Shown here in pieces: positions 35,702-50,700 of a stretch of 64,000 bases of DNA (its first letter is position 1; each line of letters opens with the position of its first letter). The position numbers and the translations under genes are program-made. The stretch is from assembly GCA_951406725.2 (NCBI GenBank), contig OX597815.1:156984001-157048000 (forward strand). The letters are read 5' to 3'. Source of the DNA: Octopus vulgaris. Taxonomy: Eukaryota. The notes beneath the pieces were generated by a model. The model had not been told where the DNA came from. It saw only the letters and a list, made by a program, of their open reading frames with translations, and did no database searches.

Positions 35702-38700
35702 GTTCGTATATTTTTATATAATTGTTTTACATGTAACAGACTTCCCATATTGTTCTAGTTCGCATTTTTTTTATGTTTTTGCTTGGTTTTTTCTTTTTAA
35801 AGTACACCTTATATAATTATATATATGAAACGGATTATTACATTTTTTTTCCTCAATTGTTATAAAAATTTGTAATTCCAAAATATTCAAAATGGCATTT
35901 TAATTAAGGACAAAATTAACTTTTTTCGGTGATATTCAAAGGCATGTCTTTATCTCTCGATTAATTTCATTTTGAATTATCTTTACAATGTTAAAGTTAA
36001 TTGTCTGAACAGCTGCATAGAATAAATAATTCCAATCAATATTGGCAATTACACTCTTTATAGTGCCTGCTGATGTTTTTTTTTTTTTTCTTTCACATGA
36101 ATATCAAATTCTCAATATCGTTCTTCATTATATACCGTGTCCTCTGGGATAACGTAATCTTCTAGGGAAGGAGATAAACTTGCAGAATTTCTCTTAATAT
36201 GGGACTGGTTAAATCCACTTTCAGTTACATTGATAATGCCTTTTCAAACATGAGTGATATTCCCTTAAACGTATTGACCTGTCTAAAATAATGCCGTGAA
36301 AGTAAACAAGTAAACCTGGAAGAATGATATTCTGCTTCAAAAAATACAAGGTAAAAACATCTTGAGAAATTAATAATTTTTGGTTAGTATGTTTTCCGAC
36401 AAGCATAATTGTTAACTTGTTAGTATATGAATTAAATCGCGAATACGAGATAACTGGACACGAACCATTCCCAAATCCTCCGGTACTGGAGTTTGATAAA
36501 ATTGTACAGTGTGAACCTCTGTAAGTAGACCATCCGAATGAAACAAAAGCATTGATATTCACGAGAGCTGAAAGGATGATTCGATGTGGTGGTTACCGTC
36601 TGCTTGAGAAGGAGCGAGGCACTGTACTGAACTTTGAGAAGTTGGTGGTATAGAACTGGAATCAAATTTTCTGTATCGTAATTCACAAATATATATTTGA
36701 GATTCAATTTATCTGAGTGCTGTGAATGATCATTTATGATAGAAATCTCGTAAGAGATACAGGTTTATTAATGGACCATATCCATCTGAAATGGTAATCT
36801 TAGTTTATATGTCCACAATTTTTCAATCATTTGCTCCATTCCATTCATATCCTTTATCAAGTATTTACACTGAATGTAGTACAATTTTATAAATCAAATA
36901 GACTTGTAGCCGGCGTTAGCCTTTTATCGATTTAATCAATTTTAAGCTAATATTTTTCTTTCACTATATACGAAAGCGATATTCGGTTTCAATAGTTTTT
37001 TTTTTTTTTTTTTTTTTTTGTTAAATGAAAAAAAAAAAAACATTTAATTTTTTATGTGGAAGCCGTCTTATGCCAAACTACAGATGTTAGTTTTAATATC
37101 TCTAATATATTTCAAATTTCTATTACCAAAAACGTGTCTATCGTTTTTAAGTTTCTTTTTATAGCTACTATAAAATCATTGGTAGTCGTAGATTTTATAA
37201 CGTACGACGTGAAAGTAGTTCTGTGTCAACATTCTTCTGAAAACTGAAACTTACTCCTCGAGAATAAAAATAATCAGTAGCAATTAAATCGTTTGATTTA
37301 GTTACGTCAAACGTGATTAATTTTAGTCAGTCACTCAGAAGAAAATGTAATGCAGAAAATTATATACATTTCTGTAGTTTGTAGCGGAGAACTCTTGAAA
37401 TTATTACAATTTCGTCCTCATTATTTTCGTTCCAGACATTACTGTTTAACCTTTTCAAAAATTGTCCTGTAATTGTTTACAATGAACAAATTAATGAATA
37501 CTTTTTTTCCTCTTGTCGAAGAATACACAAATGTATCAACGTAACAAATTTTTACATTTGCTTTTTTTCTTTCTAGAATTCTGAAGTGATACAGAAAAAG
37601 GCCAGCTTTATATTTGTGGATAACAAGACAGAATACAGAGTAATATTGGTTTTATTTTCAGTTTTTGCTTTCATTACTTCAATTCCAATCTTATAAGGAT
37701 TTCCCAAGAAATTTAACGAGCTGAAATTAATCTGTTTTGTATATTCGAAATTATACATACTTTTATTCTGCGCAGCAATGTCAATTTCTCAACATTCTAA
37801 ATATACATTGGCATGGTATTCGTACTGCATATTTTCTCCGGTTGCGACTTTGTAAAAAATTGATGTTAACCGTTAGAGCTGAAACGTAGTTTGCTGTGTA
37901 TTAAAGGCACTGCGCCATACTTTCGCATCAGCTCTAAGGGCTGTAATGAAAGTTTATTTGCGTCAAGCCTTAAAATTATCTTCTCTACGACTGTATCTTG
38001 GACACTTCACTACAAAGATGTAATCTACTATAGTAGAACGGTGCTTCCAGTGATATGATCTAATAGTTTAGAACATGACCATCATTATGGACTTGTGTTT
38101 AAGTTTGAACCCTTTTTCCTAACGATAGTAAATATCTTTACCATGATCTCTTGTTAATCTAGAGGATATGACTTAAAAGCATTAACTGAATAAAACTATT
38201 TGCTATGTATTACATGAAAATCTTTAGTCCTCTCTTACATATTTTCTCATACCTAGCATAAGGTATGACTATATCCGCTTATTACTAATTTCAATAGTAA
38301 AACTAGCGAGAATTACAAACAAATCTCACTGCAACTGGATAACAAATCTTTTTCCCCATGGTTACTAATGGTAATATTGCTAATATTAATTATAATGTAT
38401 TAAAGTACAAGTGCCATAATTTTCAAACGGAAAATAATTGAAATTGTATTTCGAAGTGTAAATATGTATATGCCGTGATTTGAGACAGATGCATGCATAC
38501 TTTCTAAGTTTCTTAGATTAATTTACGTCGAATTTAAGTACATTGGACTTTCAAGCAGAACTTTTGTACAATAAATAAATATTCGATTTACATAGTAATG
38601 GTAACTAGATGTTTTAAACAAACTTGCATTCGTCGATTAAACTTATATACTATATATAAATAATTTATAACTCTGACGCTTCTTCGACATGACCTTGTCA

Positions 38701-41700
38701 ACAGGAAAAGCAGCTGCATATTGGATAATTTCTATTTTTCGTTTTATTTAGTGGGAGCCAAATGACCTCGACAAACCTAGTGTAGAGGAATACATATCCA
38801 ATGTCACAAAGGTGTTGGAGGGAGATATTTTTGTTGAGGAAAACGTAAGTATTGAACAGTGTGAAAACACTGTTTTAATATGTAAATAAAAAAGTTATAT
38901 TTATACCTTCAAATATTGAAATTTTAGCGACCATTAAAAAATGTAGACTGTGAGACAGTGTGTTTCTTCTCTTGCACGAGGCAGTGTCAAAAGGTTCCCA
39001 GGCTAGTTATGTTTAATAAAAAGAAATGTGTGCATTGTCGTCGCAAAGAATTCAATTCTTCGCGTTCCACAGATCTGGTTGCTTTCAAAGTCTTAGGTCT
39101 CTCGATTGAGGGTCTGGCATGGGGGTGCGAATTCTCAATGCACAATGAGGGGGGTTTTGAGCGGCAGCTCTGTCGTACCTTCCTCGGCCGTGGAGATGAA
39201 AGGTTCTTTTTTGTGATGACTACTGCATCATCTGAGTCGGTGATGTTCATTGGCATGAATGATGGGTCATCACGGGCAAGCTGCCGGAAATCTAGACACT
39301 ATTTTGGCGCGATGTTCTTTCTGCTCAGTCAAACTTGGCAGAGACACGCTGCATGTTGAATTCAAAGGTGAGGATTGCCTGCACGGACCCGTACGACAGA
39401 CCAACAACATCAATGTCATTGATTGTTCTCGGACAATCCTCATGCACAAGCTGATAAAATTTCTCCACATTTCCGGGAAAGACGCTCGTGGCAGGTCTTC
39501 CAGATTCCTCATCTTCCATGGATGTTCTTCCGCTTTTGAAGCGCCCATGCCACTCAAAACATTGAGTACGACCGATTGCCTCGTTGCTTGTTGAAACCTG
39601 CTCAATGTCTCCAGACTTCCCAAGTCAAGTTTAACGCAAAAGTTCACGTTGGCTCTTTATTCCAAATTCCTGCACATGACAACAGACTACAACATACATG
39701 ATCCCAAAAACACAAATTTCACAGCTTGCGAGGTAAAACCAACGATGTCACTCGGCACACTATCTCATAAAGGTCACTACTAACTCTCACTGCGCACTCA
39801 AGTTTGTTGCCATGTATTGGTGCGCTACAGAACTATTCCGGGATCTTTTTGATACCACCTCGTAAAACTCAAACAATTTACTAAACAGCATCTCAGATGA
39901 CAGTTCAAAAGGGTCTAACGTGGAAATTTGTTAACGATGATCGTAACACTACAATAACTAGAACAATTCAGGTCCAAGACACTCGGGAATGCAGGATTTT
40001 TCATACGTTTCCCTCATTTTGGTATTTTTTCCAGACGCACTTACGTTTAGTTATGGTTAATCACATGAACAGCCTTTTAAATGCATCAGGTCATCCCATA
40101 AGTAATGTTCAGATCTGAAATAGGGCAATGATTATCTATGACATCATTCCGTCTACCTGTACGCAGTTTAATTACATTAGTGAAAAACTCGGTTTTGAAG
40201 AGAACTTTGAAATGTCAGTTTCGACTTCTTCAGCTGTCTCGAGAGTTAATCCAGCAATATTATTTTGTAAACTACGGAACAAATAGTAATCTGAAGGAGG
40301 AAGGTCTGTGGTATAAAGCAGATGAGCAATTTTTTCCCAGCCATGTTCCTCGATTTTCTTTGACGTGCTCTTTGCAATGTAGGTTCCTTTCGATTCACTA
40401 AAGCAGGCCTTTTTTGTCTTCACAGCGTTCAAACGCTCTAATTGCTGGCGATAATTGTTGTGACAGTTGTTAGTAACTCAGTCAATGACTCTTCTGCAAT
40501 CCCACCAATCACAAGAACCTTCTTCGCATGTCTTGAACGAAGCTTGCTTACCAATTCTTCAACTAAAACTGCACGATTTTTTTCAACTCCTGCCGAATGG
40601 ATCTTATCAAACTCAACTGCACGTCCTGTTTGGACCTCCTCTTCAAGACTGAAATCTCCACTTCTTAATTTTACAAGCCAACTCTTTCATTCAGGCACTC
40701 AACTCCGTAAGTTGAGTGAATATTTCGAGTCACTTCAGCTACCAAGTTGCCTTTTTAAACTCATCAATCTCTGTAGACAGTTCTGTTTGAAGAGCTATAA
40801 TTAGTGACATTAAGTTATTTTGAAAAATGCAATTTAACTAGTTTATGTCAAAATATATGCTATTAGATTTTCTAAAATACCGTTAAAGCGCTTACAAATT
40901 GAAAATATAAAAATCCGAACATTATTTATGGGAAGACCTGATCCTCTTAATTTCCTGTGATATTTATTAAAAGAACATGCGTTCATGCTCTCTATATTTG
41001 TGGAAAGCTGGTATATGGAAAGCAGTTCATTAAACATATTACAACTTGATATACTATATGAAATCATTTTCATTTCTTTCATTTGATGAGCATGCAGTTA
41101 TAGATAATTGTATTTAACAATGTTAAAAATATTTGTCGGTGGATCAGTCATCGCCTAGTCGGCAAAATACCGTGAGAAAAAAAATAGTATACGTATATTT
41201 AACTAATAAAACATTAAATGACTTCGGTATTCTTCTTGTAGCCAAGTCCCTTTTCGAAAAGAAAAGCTGTATTGAAACTTAAGCGGTGGAAGAACAAAAC
41301 TGTCCCGTGGAAATTTAATACGGACAAGAGGAAATTTGGTGAGCTAATAAATCATTCTTTCAATTGTTGGGAGTGTTTGTGAACGCCCTCCCGCCTTTTT
41401 TTTTAGTAGTGCATCGTTTAAGTGATCTCCAGTTAGCTGGAATTGTGGCTTACTTACAGGCGACTGACAAAAATGTTTGTCCCGAAGAATTCTTCGAGCA
41501 GATATAGCATCAGTTTCCAGCCGTGTCATTGTATGACTTAATATGTTTATGATGATTGGGATTTGGGAATGATCTTCCTGTTATTTCCAAGCCAATTTGG
41601 TATCTTTAAACTACTGCAAACCCTATCAAATACAGTAATTCCACGACTAGTCGATTACTTTCGACTAATAACACAGGGCAACAATTTTGATTATAATTTC

Positions 41701-44700
41701 TGTTGAGTTTGCTTTTTCACTTTTAGACTAAAATTTTCATGCTCGTTTCAAAACAGCTTTCTATCCGGTCAAATTTTTATTTTTCCTACAGCTTACTCTC
41801 TAAGTAAGCACAATTGCATTGTTTGCTTTTTGCTAAACAGATTGGTCAACTGCTTTTAGTTTATTCATAACACTAGGAAACGTTTTCGAAGAAATGTTTT
41901 TGTCTCGCATTTTATTAGTTCTTAATGCTGAGTTCAGAAATGCCCTCATATATTTTCTGCAACGCAGTGGTTTTATTTATTTATTTTATTTTTTTTTTGT
42001 TAAACAGGAACTCTGTTACCAAAAAATTATCTATTTAGCCATTAAAGCAATACTGAAATAAGAAGCTAATCAAATCGTAATTTTATTACATTAATTAAAA
42101 TGTTTAATTACCCATCTTTAGTTAGCATCTTAAGATAGTTTTAACTATACAAGGAGTAAACTTTTTCTTTGAATAATTTTGCATTTCGACAGTCTATTCG
42201 CAGACCAGAAGTCAGTCATCATCTTAGTGCGCCATCTCTTTTGTCTCCACGCTGTCGATGTTTTGGTGGAATCTTTCTCCTTGCTCATCACTTAACTGCA
42301 CTATGGTTTTCAAGGAAATACTCCAGATGACTGTGCAGGATATGTATTTTGACACTGAAGTTGCAGCTCGGTGCCCGAAAACTAATAGAAAATCGGACAC
42401 AACTGCAGAAAAATCATTCCATGCTACTTTTTCAACGCCAAACAGTCTCTAAAAACTGCCCATCCTGCAGTAGTCACCTAATCTGTATCATATCAGACGC
42501 ATCAATCTTTTGGCACAAGACGTAGCTAGAAGCTTTCTGCTTAAGTATTTGAAACGGGCACTGATTATATGGGGTGCCCAGGTCTTGGCTTGGTCACCCA
42601 GTTTCATACCAAATTAAGAGGAGTTTCTTTTTCCCCCCACAAGATCTGTGATTTATTTCACTGTCTAGGTAAATGTAACATCCACAAATATAACAAAACA
42701 TCGGGGTATTTTTGCATTTTCTTTTACAACAACTGAACATATTTTTGAAATACAAAACACATCCCAGCTAGTTGTCACCGAGGAAAAGAATTTTCAGAAT
42801 TGTCAAGTCATAAAGCAAACGCAGATTTGTGATGGCAAAATTCCATAAAGAGCAGTCTCTTAACCAGGTTTGACAAAAAGTGACCTTGACTCCTGTTATC
42901 TCACATTTAAAATATTAGGGGCGCATTCAAAACAATTTTCAGAAATAAAGATTAACACCTAGTTATTGTATAAAGAATATTTGTCACTTTCATTACATTT
43001 AAAACTGGTTGTATTCAAAATGGTGAAGTCGCTGAGGTTTGTTACTTTTTGAAGATACTTCAAATGAAGTATTTGAAGATGCTTAAATCATGGCTTTTAT
43101 TTTCACTTTCGTAGTTGTATTTGCTTCAAATGGTATTGAAAAAAATTTTCAAATTTATGCCTAGCTCCTTACATAGCTGTGCATCTGAAGCCAAAGCTAT
43201 CCTTGGAAATGGTGACTATCCTGCATCCAAAAATTACTAGACAACCTGTCTACAGAACCAGGCAACAAAATCCCTGTTCCCTAGTGTAATCCATTTCTAG
43301 ATGAACGAACCAACACATGAGACAAAGAAAAGTCGAATGTAAAAACAGTTCAGATGAGTGAGCATCAAGCGAAAGCTTCAACGGGTTTTCTATCAAGGCA
43401 TTTGGCTGAAGATATTTTGATGCTAAATTTATAATAATTTTAAAATCTTCATTGGAACAGTATTATAGATGACCTATAGCAATGATGCGTTCGTTTATTG
43501 TACTTATGCCTACATTACTTTTCAATGTTTCCCTTAATTTGACGAGTCATAGTCTGATTGTATATTATTTCAATCTAATCATGAAAGATGTCATTTGCTG
43601 TTTGATTGAATCAGGTTTTCTAGCTGCAGTCTTCATACAGATCTCGATAGATTAATTACATTTCTTCTGAAGCATAAGAAAATCAAAATGAAATGGAAAT
43701 AGGATATTTCAATAGTCACAATCTCGTACTGAGTTTCGTAACAGCGATTATGTCTTCTAATCAAGATCGTAAATAGTGATGACGTTGTTGCATGTTAGGA
43801 ATTTTCTAAAAGTAGATTTTCACTTTATTTTAATTTTGTTACTTCCTTCACTCCAGATTTCGCCAGTTCATACTCTACCGTGAAGAAAGCTATAAGTATT
43901 GTGGAAAGTAATTGCTGCTTGCGTTTTCCAGAATGGACAACAAAAAGGGCTGATGAATTAGGACCTGCTTATTTAGACATTGGAAAAGGCGAAGGGTAAA
44001 TATATTTGTATGTCATCTCTCCCAATATAGGATCCTATTTTTATGATGAATATTTAAAATAATTATTTTCTACCATGTCATAAACACTAGCAATGCACCC
44101 TGGCGTTGCCTGGATGTTATGACCTACAGTAACATTGTATTATTTGTTCCTTATAGGCAAAATCAACACCCGAGGAGTAACAAGCAAACAAGTTTTTCGG
44201 TCACTTTCTGATGAACAATGCTGAAATGCTTGACACCAAACACGTGTACAATGGCAACTTAGATTAGAAGGAAATCCTAACATTGCCTCCTCGGTTTGGT
44301 GTTAATTTTTGTAGTAAAATAGTTGCTGTACAAAAAACGTACTTTACGCTGGCAGCCGAAAGATTGCTCAATCTTTTGATATCTCATACAGCAGTATTGG
44401 CAACTAAGTTTCATGGCTACAAATCGGTTAATGTAGAAGCTGAAATAGTTCTTACACGTCCCATAAAAAAAGCCACGTTCAAAGATATTATTTTTCTTTG
44501 CAGGCATATTTGGTATCCGTTTATATTAATGCTGAGGCCAACATAATAAAAGGGCTTTGGAGCGGTATATGTACATATAAGGATATGAGTAAACAAGGTT
44601 AATGTGGGCAGTTAGGCATAGATATATAGGGACGCTGTGCGTCTTGAAAATAGACGAATGGTTTTAGTCATTGCTTCAAGTCTTTACCACACTTGAACGA

Positions 44701-47700
44701 ATATAGGCTGTTGTTTTGCTTTATCATTGGGAAATTTAATTTAAACCTGAGAACGCTCCTTGGGCATTCTGGAGTCATTTGCTGTCAAGAAAATCTAATC
44801 TATAAGAAACTGTTTCCGGTATTAATTAGAAAATTTTCTGTTGAAAAATAGAACTTTGTGCAAAGAAATGGTATCACAATACTTCAGACACTGTTTAATC
44901 TTGGAATAATGAAGACGTTCACATTGGAGGTTTAGTTGTGGCAAATGCTATTGTTGACAGAAAATGTGCCAATAATTGTGCCATAAAAGCATGTTTTTGT
45001 CATTTTTTTCCGTTGACAAATAGGGTTTTGTGTATCACAAACGCATTCATACCACTCCTTCTACATTGCATTTTTTATACAGAAAACCTTAAAATTAGCA
45101 ACGTAGATAAGCAAATAGAAATATTGCCCGAAAAGACCACAAAATTGTGCGACCCAGACTCGTTTTCAAGGTCACTCTTGTAGTAAAAACATTGTGCAAA
45201 ATACCTACTTTATTTGATAGCCAAAAGATTACTGAATTCTTTGATACCTCGTGCCTCAAAATCGGCAACTCAGTTTTTGGAACCCATAAGAAAACCGCGC
45301 GCGCACATAGATTAAACGAGGTTTTTGTAGTTATTTACCCATTGACATTCGATATATTATGCTTATATAACATTTTAAAACTGTAGTCGGATAATTCTGG
45401 CCAAGGGTGTATAAAATTCCAATCTTCAGTTTTCACATATAGAACAGTGGAATAGGGCCTTAATTAGCACTTCATCTGCTTAAAATGAATTTATACGTGG
45501 ACATTTAATGCAGGCTTTATTTTGAAAATGTATTGAAATAGCTTTAAAATATTACGCAAGGTGGCTGCATTTTAAACTTGCATTTTGTAAATTGTTCACT
45601 AATTACATAATGAACTGAAAATTTAATATTCCATGAAATTTTGATCAATACCAAAGTGGACATTTTTGTACACCAATCAGTTGGTGACTACTTCACTGAA
45701 CAGATCATATTAAATGTTTGAAGATTTCCTCGCTTCAATAGATGAAGACAGTGTTTTAGTGAAGATGTACTCCATATGAAATTGAGGACTTACCAAATCA
45801 AGAGATTCTTAGTGCGGCCAGTGAAATGCGTTTCAGATTTGAACCTCGTAATTTTGATGCAAACGTCTTTAGAATTTTAATTTCTCATTACTTTAACATT
45901 GAATTAATATTAGTTTTATATGCTAGATCGTATTTTCTCTACAGATGAAATACACTTATCAATATTTGTTCTGAAATATTTCAGGTGTGGATCATATGTT
46001 GGTTATCGTAAAGGCCGGCATCATATGTTGTTGCTAAGGGAGACTTTTTGCATGAAGGTAAGCAAGGGGCTTTCCTAGATTTACGAAATAGAAATTGCTG
46101 CTTCAGTTTTTTTTTTTTCTACCAGTATTTTTGATGGGTATTACAAGACTTTGAATTTTCAGTGAAACTAATCTCCAGACTAGTTTCGTTTTGCAGATAA
46201 CCATTTTATATTGCCCGTTTGCTGTAAATGCTCTACTTGTATCTTTAATGTTTTTGCTGAGAAAGATGTAATTTGATTTTCCATGTATGAAAATCAAATG
46301 ACACAAGCTTAATAGTTAAAATATAAATTTGTGCATAGGCAAATATATATATTCATGTGTAGTTTTTAAGTGTATTTTACTTGGTTAATTTTTTTTCTCA
46401 ATGATAATTTGGGGAATCAAAATGTATGGGCATACATTAGCTCCTTATTATGCGAATTATGAAAACGCGTCTCTAGTTCATGCAATAAAACAAGAGATAA
46501 GCACGAATTCTCCAAATATTTACGTATCACTGGAGCCGCTAAAACTGAGAAAATATGCAACACTTGAATACTAATCCCAATAAGTCAGATTCATCCCCGT
46601 TTCTAACAAATTTTATAAAATAAATCTTAATTCATCTGAACACCTTAAGTCATTTCATGCGCTTAACAGATTGAGAACATTCGACATTTCTAATAGCTTT
46701 CCTAATTCTTTATAGCTAAGATAAATAGCAATAATCTACCTAGAAACAGTGAAACGTTTATTGCAGGTTTGAAGTTCTGCCCCATGAATTTAGCCGAGCA
46801 TCTTGCTTACATGATCTCAAACATCTTGGCGTTCAATATATTAATGATTTTTTAATTCTTTTAAATAGATCGGAATCGTCGTACACGAGCTCTGCCATGC
46901 CCTTGGCTTTTACCACGAACATGCTAGACGTGACAGAGATAAATACATCACAGTACATTTTGAAAATGTTGACAATTCGAAGAAAGAAAATTTCAATATT
47001 CATTTTCCAACTTACAACTACGTAGAGTATGATTACGAGTCATTAATGCAATACGGACCGCTAGTAAGTATTTTCTTTCAATTTGACCATTGTATCAGCA
47101 CACAACTGGATTGATGTGTAATATATCACTGACGAGACTTTGATTTGTACTGAACAACGTAGGCCCTATTCTGTATAGGAACATTTTCATCAGCCTTCTG
47201 CTCGAAGTAGACTAATTTGTATCGATCAACATTTCACTTCTGACCCACCTTTGATCTGTCCACATAATTACCGTTTGTTTTACCTTTTATACACCAATCA
47301 GTTGGTGTATAAACCATACTGTACAACGTCCAAAATAGATTTCGTTCAGCTATTTATAGTACTAGATTACAAACCAAAAACCCGATTGCTATCTTTTTTC
47401 CTTGTAACATATTACTCATTGTGAACTGATTTTAGTTACTTGCAGTTAACTAGGTTTCTGAGTAATCCAATGTTTAACTTATTTTTAATACGAATGAATG
47501 ACATAGTAATCGCTCACATATGTTCTATAAAATAAGCTCGGCGGTTTTGTTTTTCGGAAATTTCGGATGAAAGTATTTTTTTAAACTTTCTTTTGTGACT
47601 ATGGAATTAGTAAAACTTCTTGAATCACACTTGTAACCGCTTTTGAAATGCCAGTAACCAATTCTTAATGAGCTTTCTGGTCACAGATCTAATCAATATT

Positions 47701-50700
47701 AAGCAAAATGGAATGATCTACAATAATCCCTGGTACCATGCGTATTTGTCCTGATTGCATTGGAGAATGTTATATATTCATTTCTGGCTTAAAATAGTTT
47801 GTCTACTCAAATATTCCATTAGTCTCATTTCTTTCAACAACAATTTTTCTTTCTTACGTGACATTTGATCTATTCTAGTGGATATTTTGTAGCCTTAGAT
47901 TCGGAAGTCATAATGTATAATTCAGAAATCTTAAGATCACTTGCCTGACTATTGATCTTATAGTAACATGTCTATTTTTAAAGTACATCGTTACTTAATT
48001 CGTTGAGGTATTAACAATGACAACAATTTACTAGATCTTCTGTAAAACGTTTCGTTTTTACATAAACTGTTAACAATCAGCAGATATGCATCATTTTTAT
48101 CTTTCAGTGATGTTTATTTTGAATGTCTGAAAATCTACATACTTTTAATTAACAGGCTTACAGTAAGAATATGAAGACTACTATCGATCCAAAAGATGAA
48201 CATCTTCAATTTCTTCTCGGTCAAAGGAGTAAACTATCCTTCTATGATAGGAAAACTATTAACTTGTTTTATGAGTGCAATGGTATGCTTCATCTTGGTA
48301 CTTATATTTTAACTAATAAACAACTTTTCACTTTAACATTTTTTTTCTTAGGAAACCATTGTAAGATATTATATCGTGTACTTAGGACATCTACTTTAAT
48401 GCACCTGTCTTCGAGATCCATGGCTTCAGTAGCCACTCATTATTTTGACATTTTTTTTTTCTCGATGGTGCCAAAGTGGCATGTTTTGGCTACCTGAAGC
48501 TCTTGCAGCCTCCCCCCAAATTATGGCTTTTAACCACATAAAGAATCGCCACATACACGGATTGTTTGACTTTTCAAGTTGTCTCGTTCGATCACTTTTA
48601 AACTAAGTATTCGTGGCGAAACATTGTTCCCTAATCCATCAGATAATACAAATTAGGCTTCCGTAAAGTGGGTTCTAATAAGTACATGCTCTTGTGTTAC
48701 CCTCCAGTGAGCTCTCCACTTAACATTGTTAGACAATACAAGTTTTATACTGGTGATACCAGTCTTTACATTTTTCTTTCATCACACGGGTATCCTCGTG
48801 TTTAGACAGCTCAAACTAAACTTAATCGGGGCTATATAACTTGGTTGATTTGAGTAAAATCAAATCTACATTTGATAGAGCTGATATCTATGGTACATAA
48901 TGCATTTTTAATCTTAGTAACATTTTGTACGGAAATACACATTAATAGCTCAACATAAATTACTATGTAGGATTTTATGCAAATCTTATGATTCATGATG
49001 TATGAAATTGCTTTTCGTTAAAAATGAAAATTAGCACGAATTCAGTTTTTATTCCCTAGATCCTGCAAAAGCGATAGTATATATGGCTTTTTATAGACTC
49101 TTTAACTGAGAGATTAATTTTCCTTTTGAGCCTTTGTAAGTAAACTCCTGCAGAAAAGACACAAGCAAACATGGGATTCCACAAAGCCGACCTGGAATAG
49201 AATGGTGATAAATGCGGGAGAGTCGGGAGGATTGTACCTGAGGAGATCAACAGGGAAACGTGGATGGCGGCGGCATAAGCACAGCCAGAGCCGATGAGCA
49301 TGTCAGTATAGCAGCGGTAGGGAAAAGACAGCGTGACTAGATCAGAAGCTGAAACAATTATGACTGGCTTCATACCCTTTATGGATAAGGGTTAAGATGT
49401 CTGTAGCAGCAACAATTCCATACAGGAAAGAAAGATTTATTGTAAGCCTGATCTGAGCTTTGTAGTTTGCCAATTGATGGTGGATGAAGTATCTTGTCCA
49501 AGAGAAGGGCTAGCTATTACGATGCATTCATGGCTAAGTGTAGGATGTACTTGACCGTCAGTGATAACAACCTGGAGCTATTTTGGGTTTCCTTGCTGCT
49601 TACAGTTGATTAAGGGGGTATAGTCTGATGGTATTAACTTGAAAGAGAAGTGCTTCTTTTACTCTTAAGAATAGGTTGCTTTCGAAATTTATACTCATGG
49701 AATATGCGGTTTAGGCTTGCAGCGTAGTGTTCGGGGAAGTGGTTGATGCATGGGTGAGCAGGTTAGGAAAGTATGTAGTGCCATTTGCGTAAATCTTGTT
49801 AGATGTGGCGCAAGAAAGACATAGGTGTACAAAAGGAAGAGATGGAACAAAACGGTTTTGCTGTATGCTGGAGTCGATAGAATGAGGGGCGAAGAGCTCC
49901 GACACATGCTGCGGTTGTACCACCTAATAAAAAGGTAAGATGACTGGAATGCGTAGGAAGTTTAAATAAGTTTGCTTACTAGATACAGTTAGTATTGCTT
50001 TTGCTTCATTGAATATCTACAAGGTGAGAGCGCACTGATACGTAGGAGAGTACGGCATTAGTGAATCTCGGTGTTACGTAAACTATAATCCTATTCGTTT
50101 AGAAGGTTCAAGGTGTTGAATGACGAGGTTAGCTGTCACATCAGTCAGTATAGTGTGTGTGTATGTGAGAGAGAAATAAAATAAGATTCAAAGTGAAATA
50201 TTAGATTTAAACTGAAAACTTAAAATCTACAAATCCTTACTTGAAGATTTTCGTTTGCTTGAACGTTAAGAAACCTACATATTACTCATTGTAACAAATA
50301 ATATTGTTTCCAGTAATACTTTTATTCTACATGCGTACAGATATCATGGTGTACACATAGCACGTGCACGCGCGCACACATCTCTCCAGTTATAGATGCA
50401 TGTATATTTGTAATTTGAATTCTTCCAAATGATTTTGTTTCTAACAAAACTCCATCACTGGAATTTGGATAACAAATGTTACGTGTCGAACCTTAGAAAA
50501 GATTCCTCTTTTTGTATTCGTAAAAGGCATAGTAGCTGGTGGAACTTTTTTCCCCAGATAGCTCCTCCGTTTCTGACTAATATAAACATTTAATATAACC
50601 AAGTGCATCAATAAGTGAATTTATACCAAGGGCAGGGATGCCACTAATTTAGACCTAAATGTTCATTCTTGATTATTTTGGAAACTAACACAAACCTCGG

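Noticed and set aside
36221-36707. Coding-looking stretch in the first intron with a gtaagt donor
   Set aside because: No recognisable motif on either strand, and its phases are incompatible with the flanking phase-0 exons
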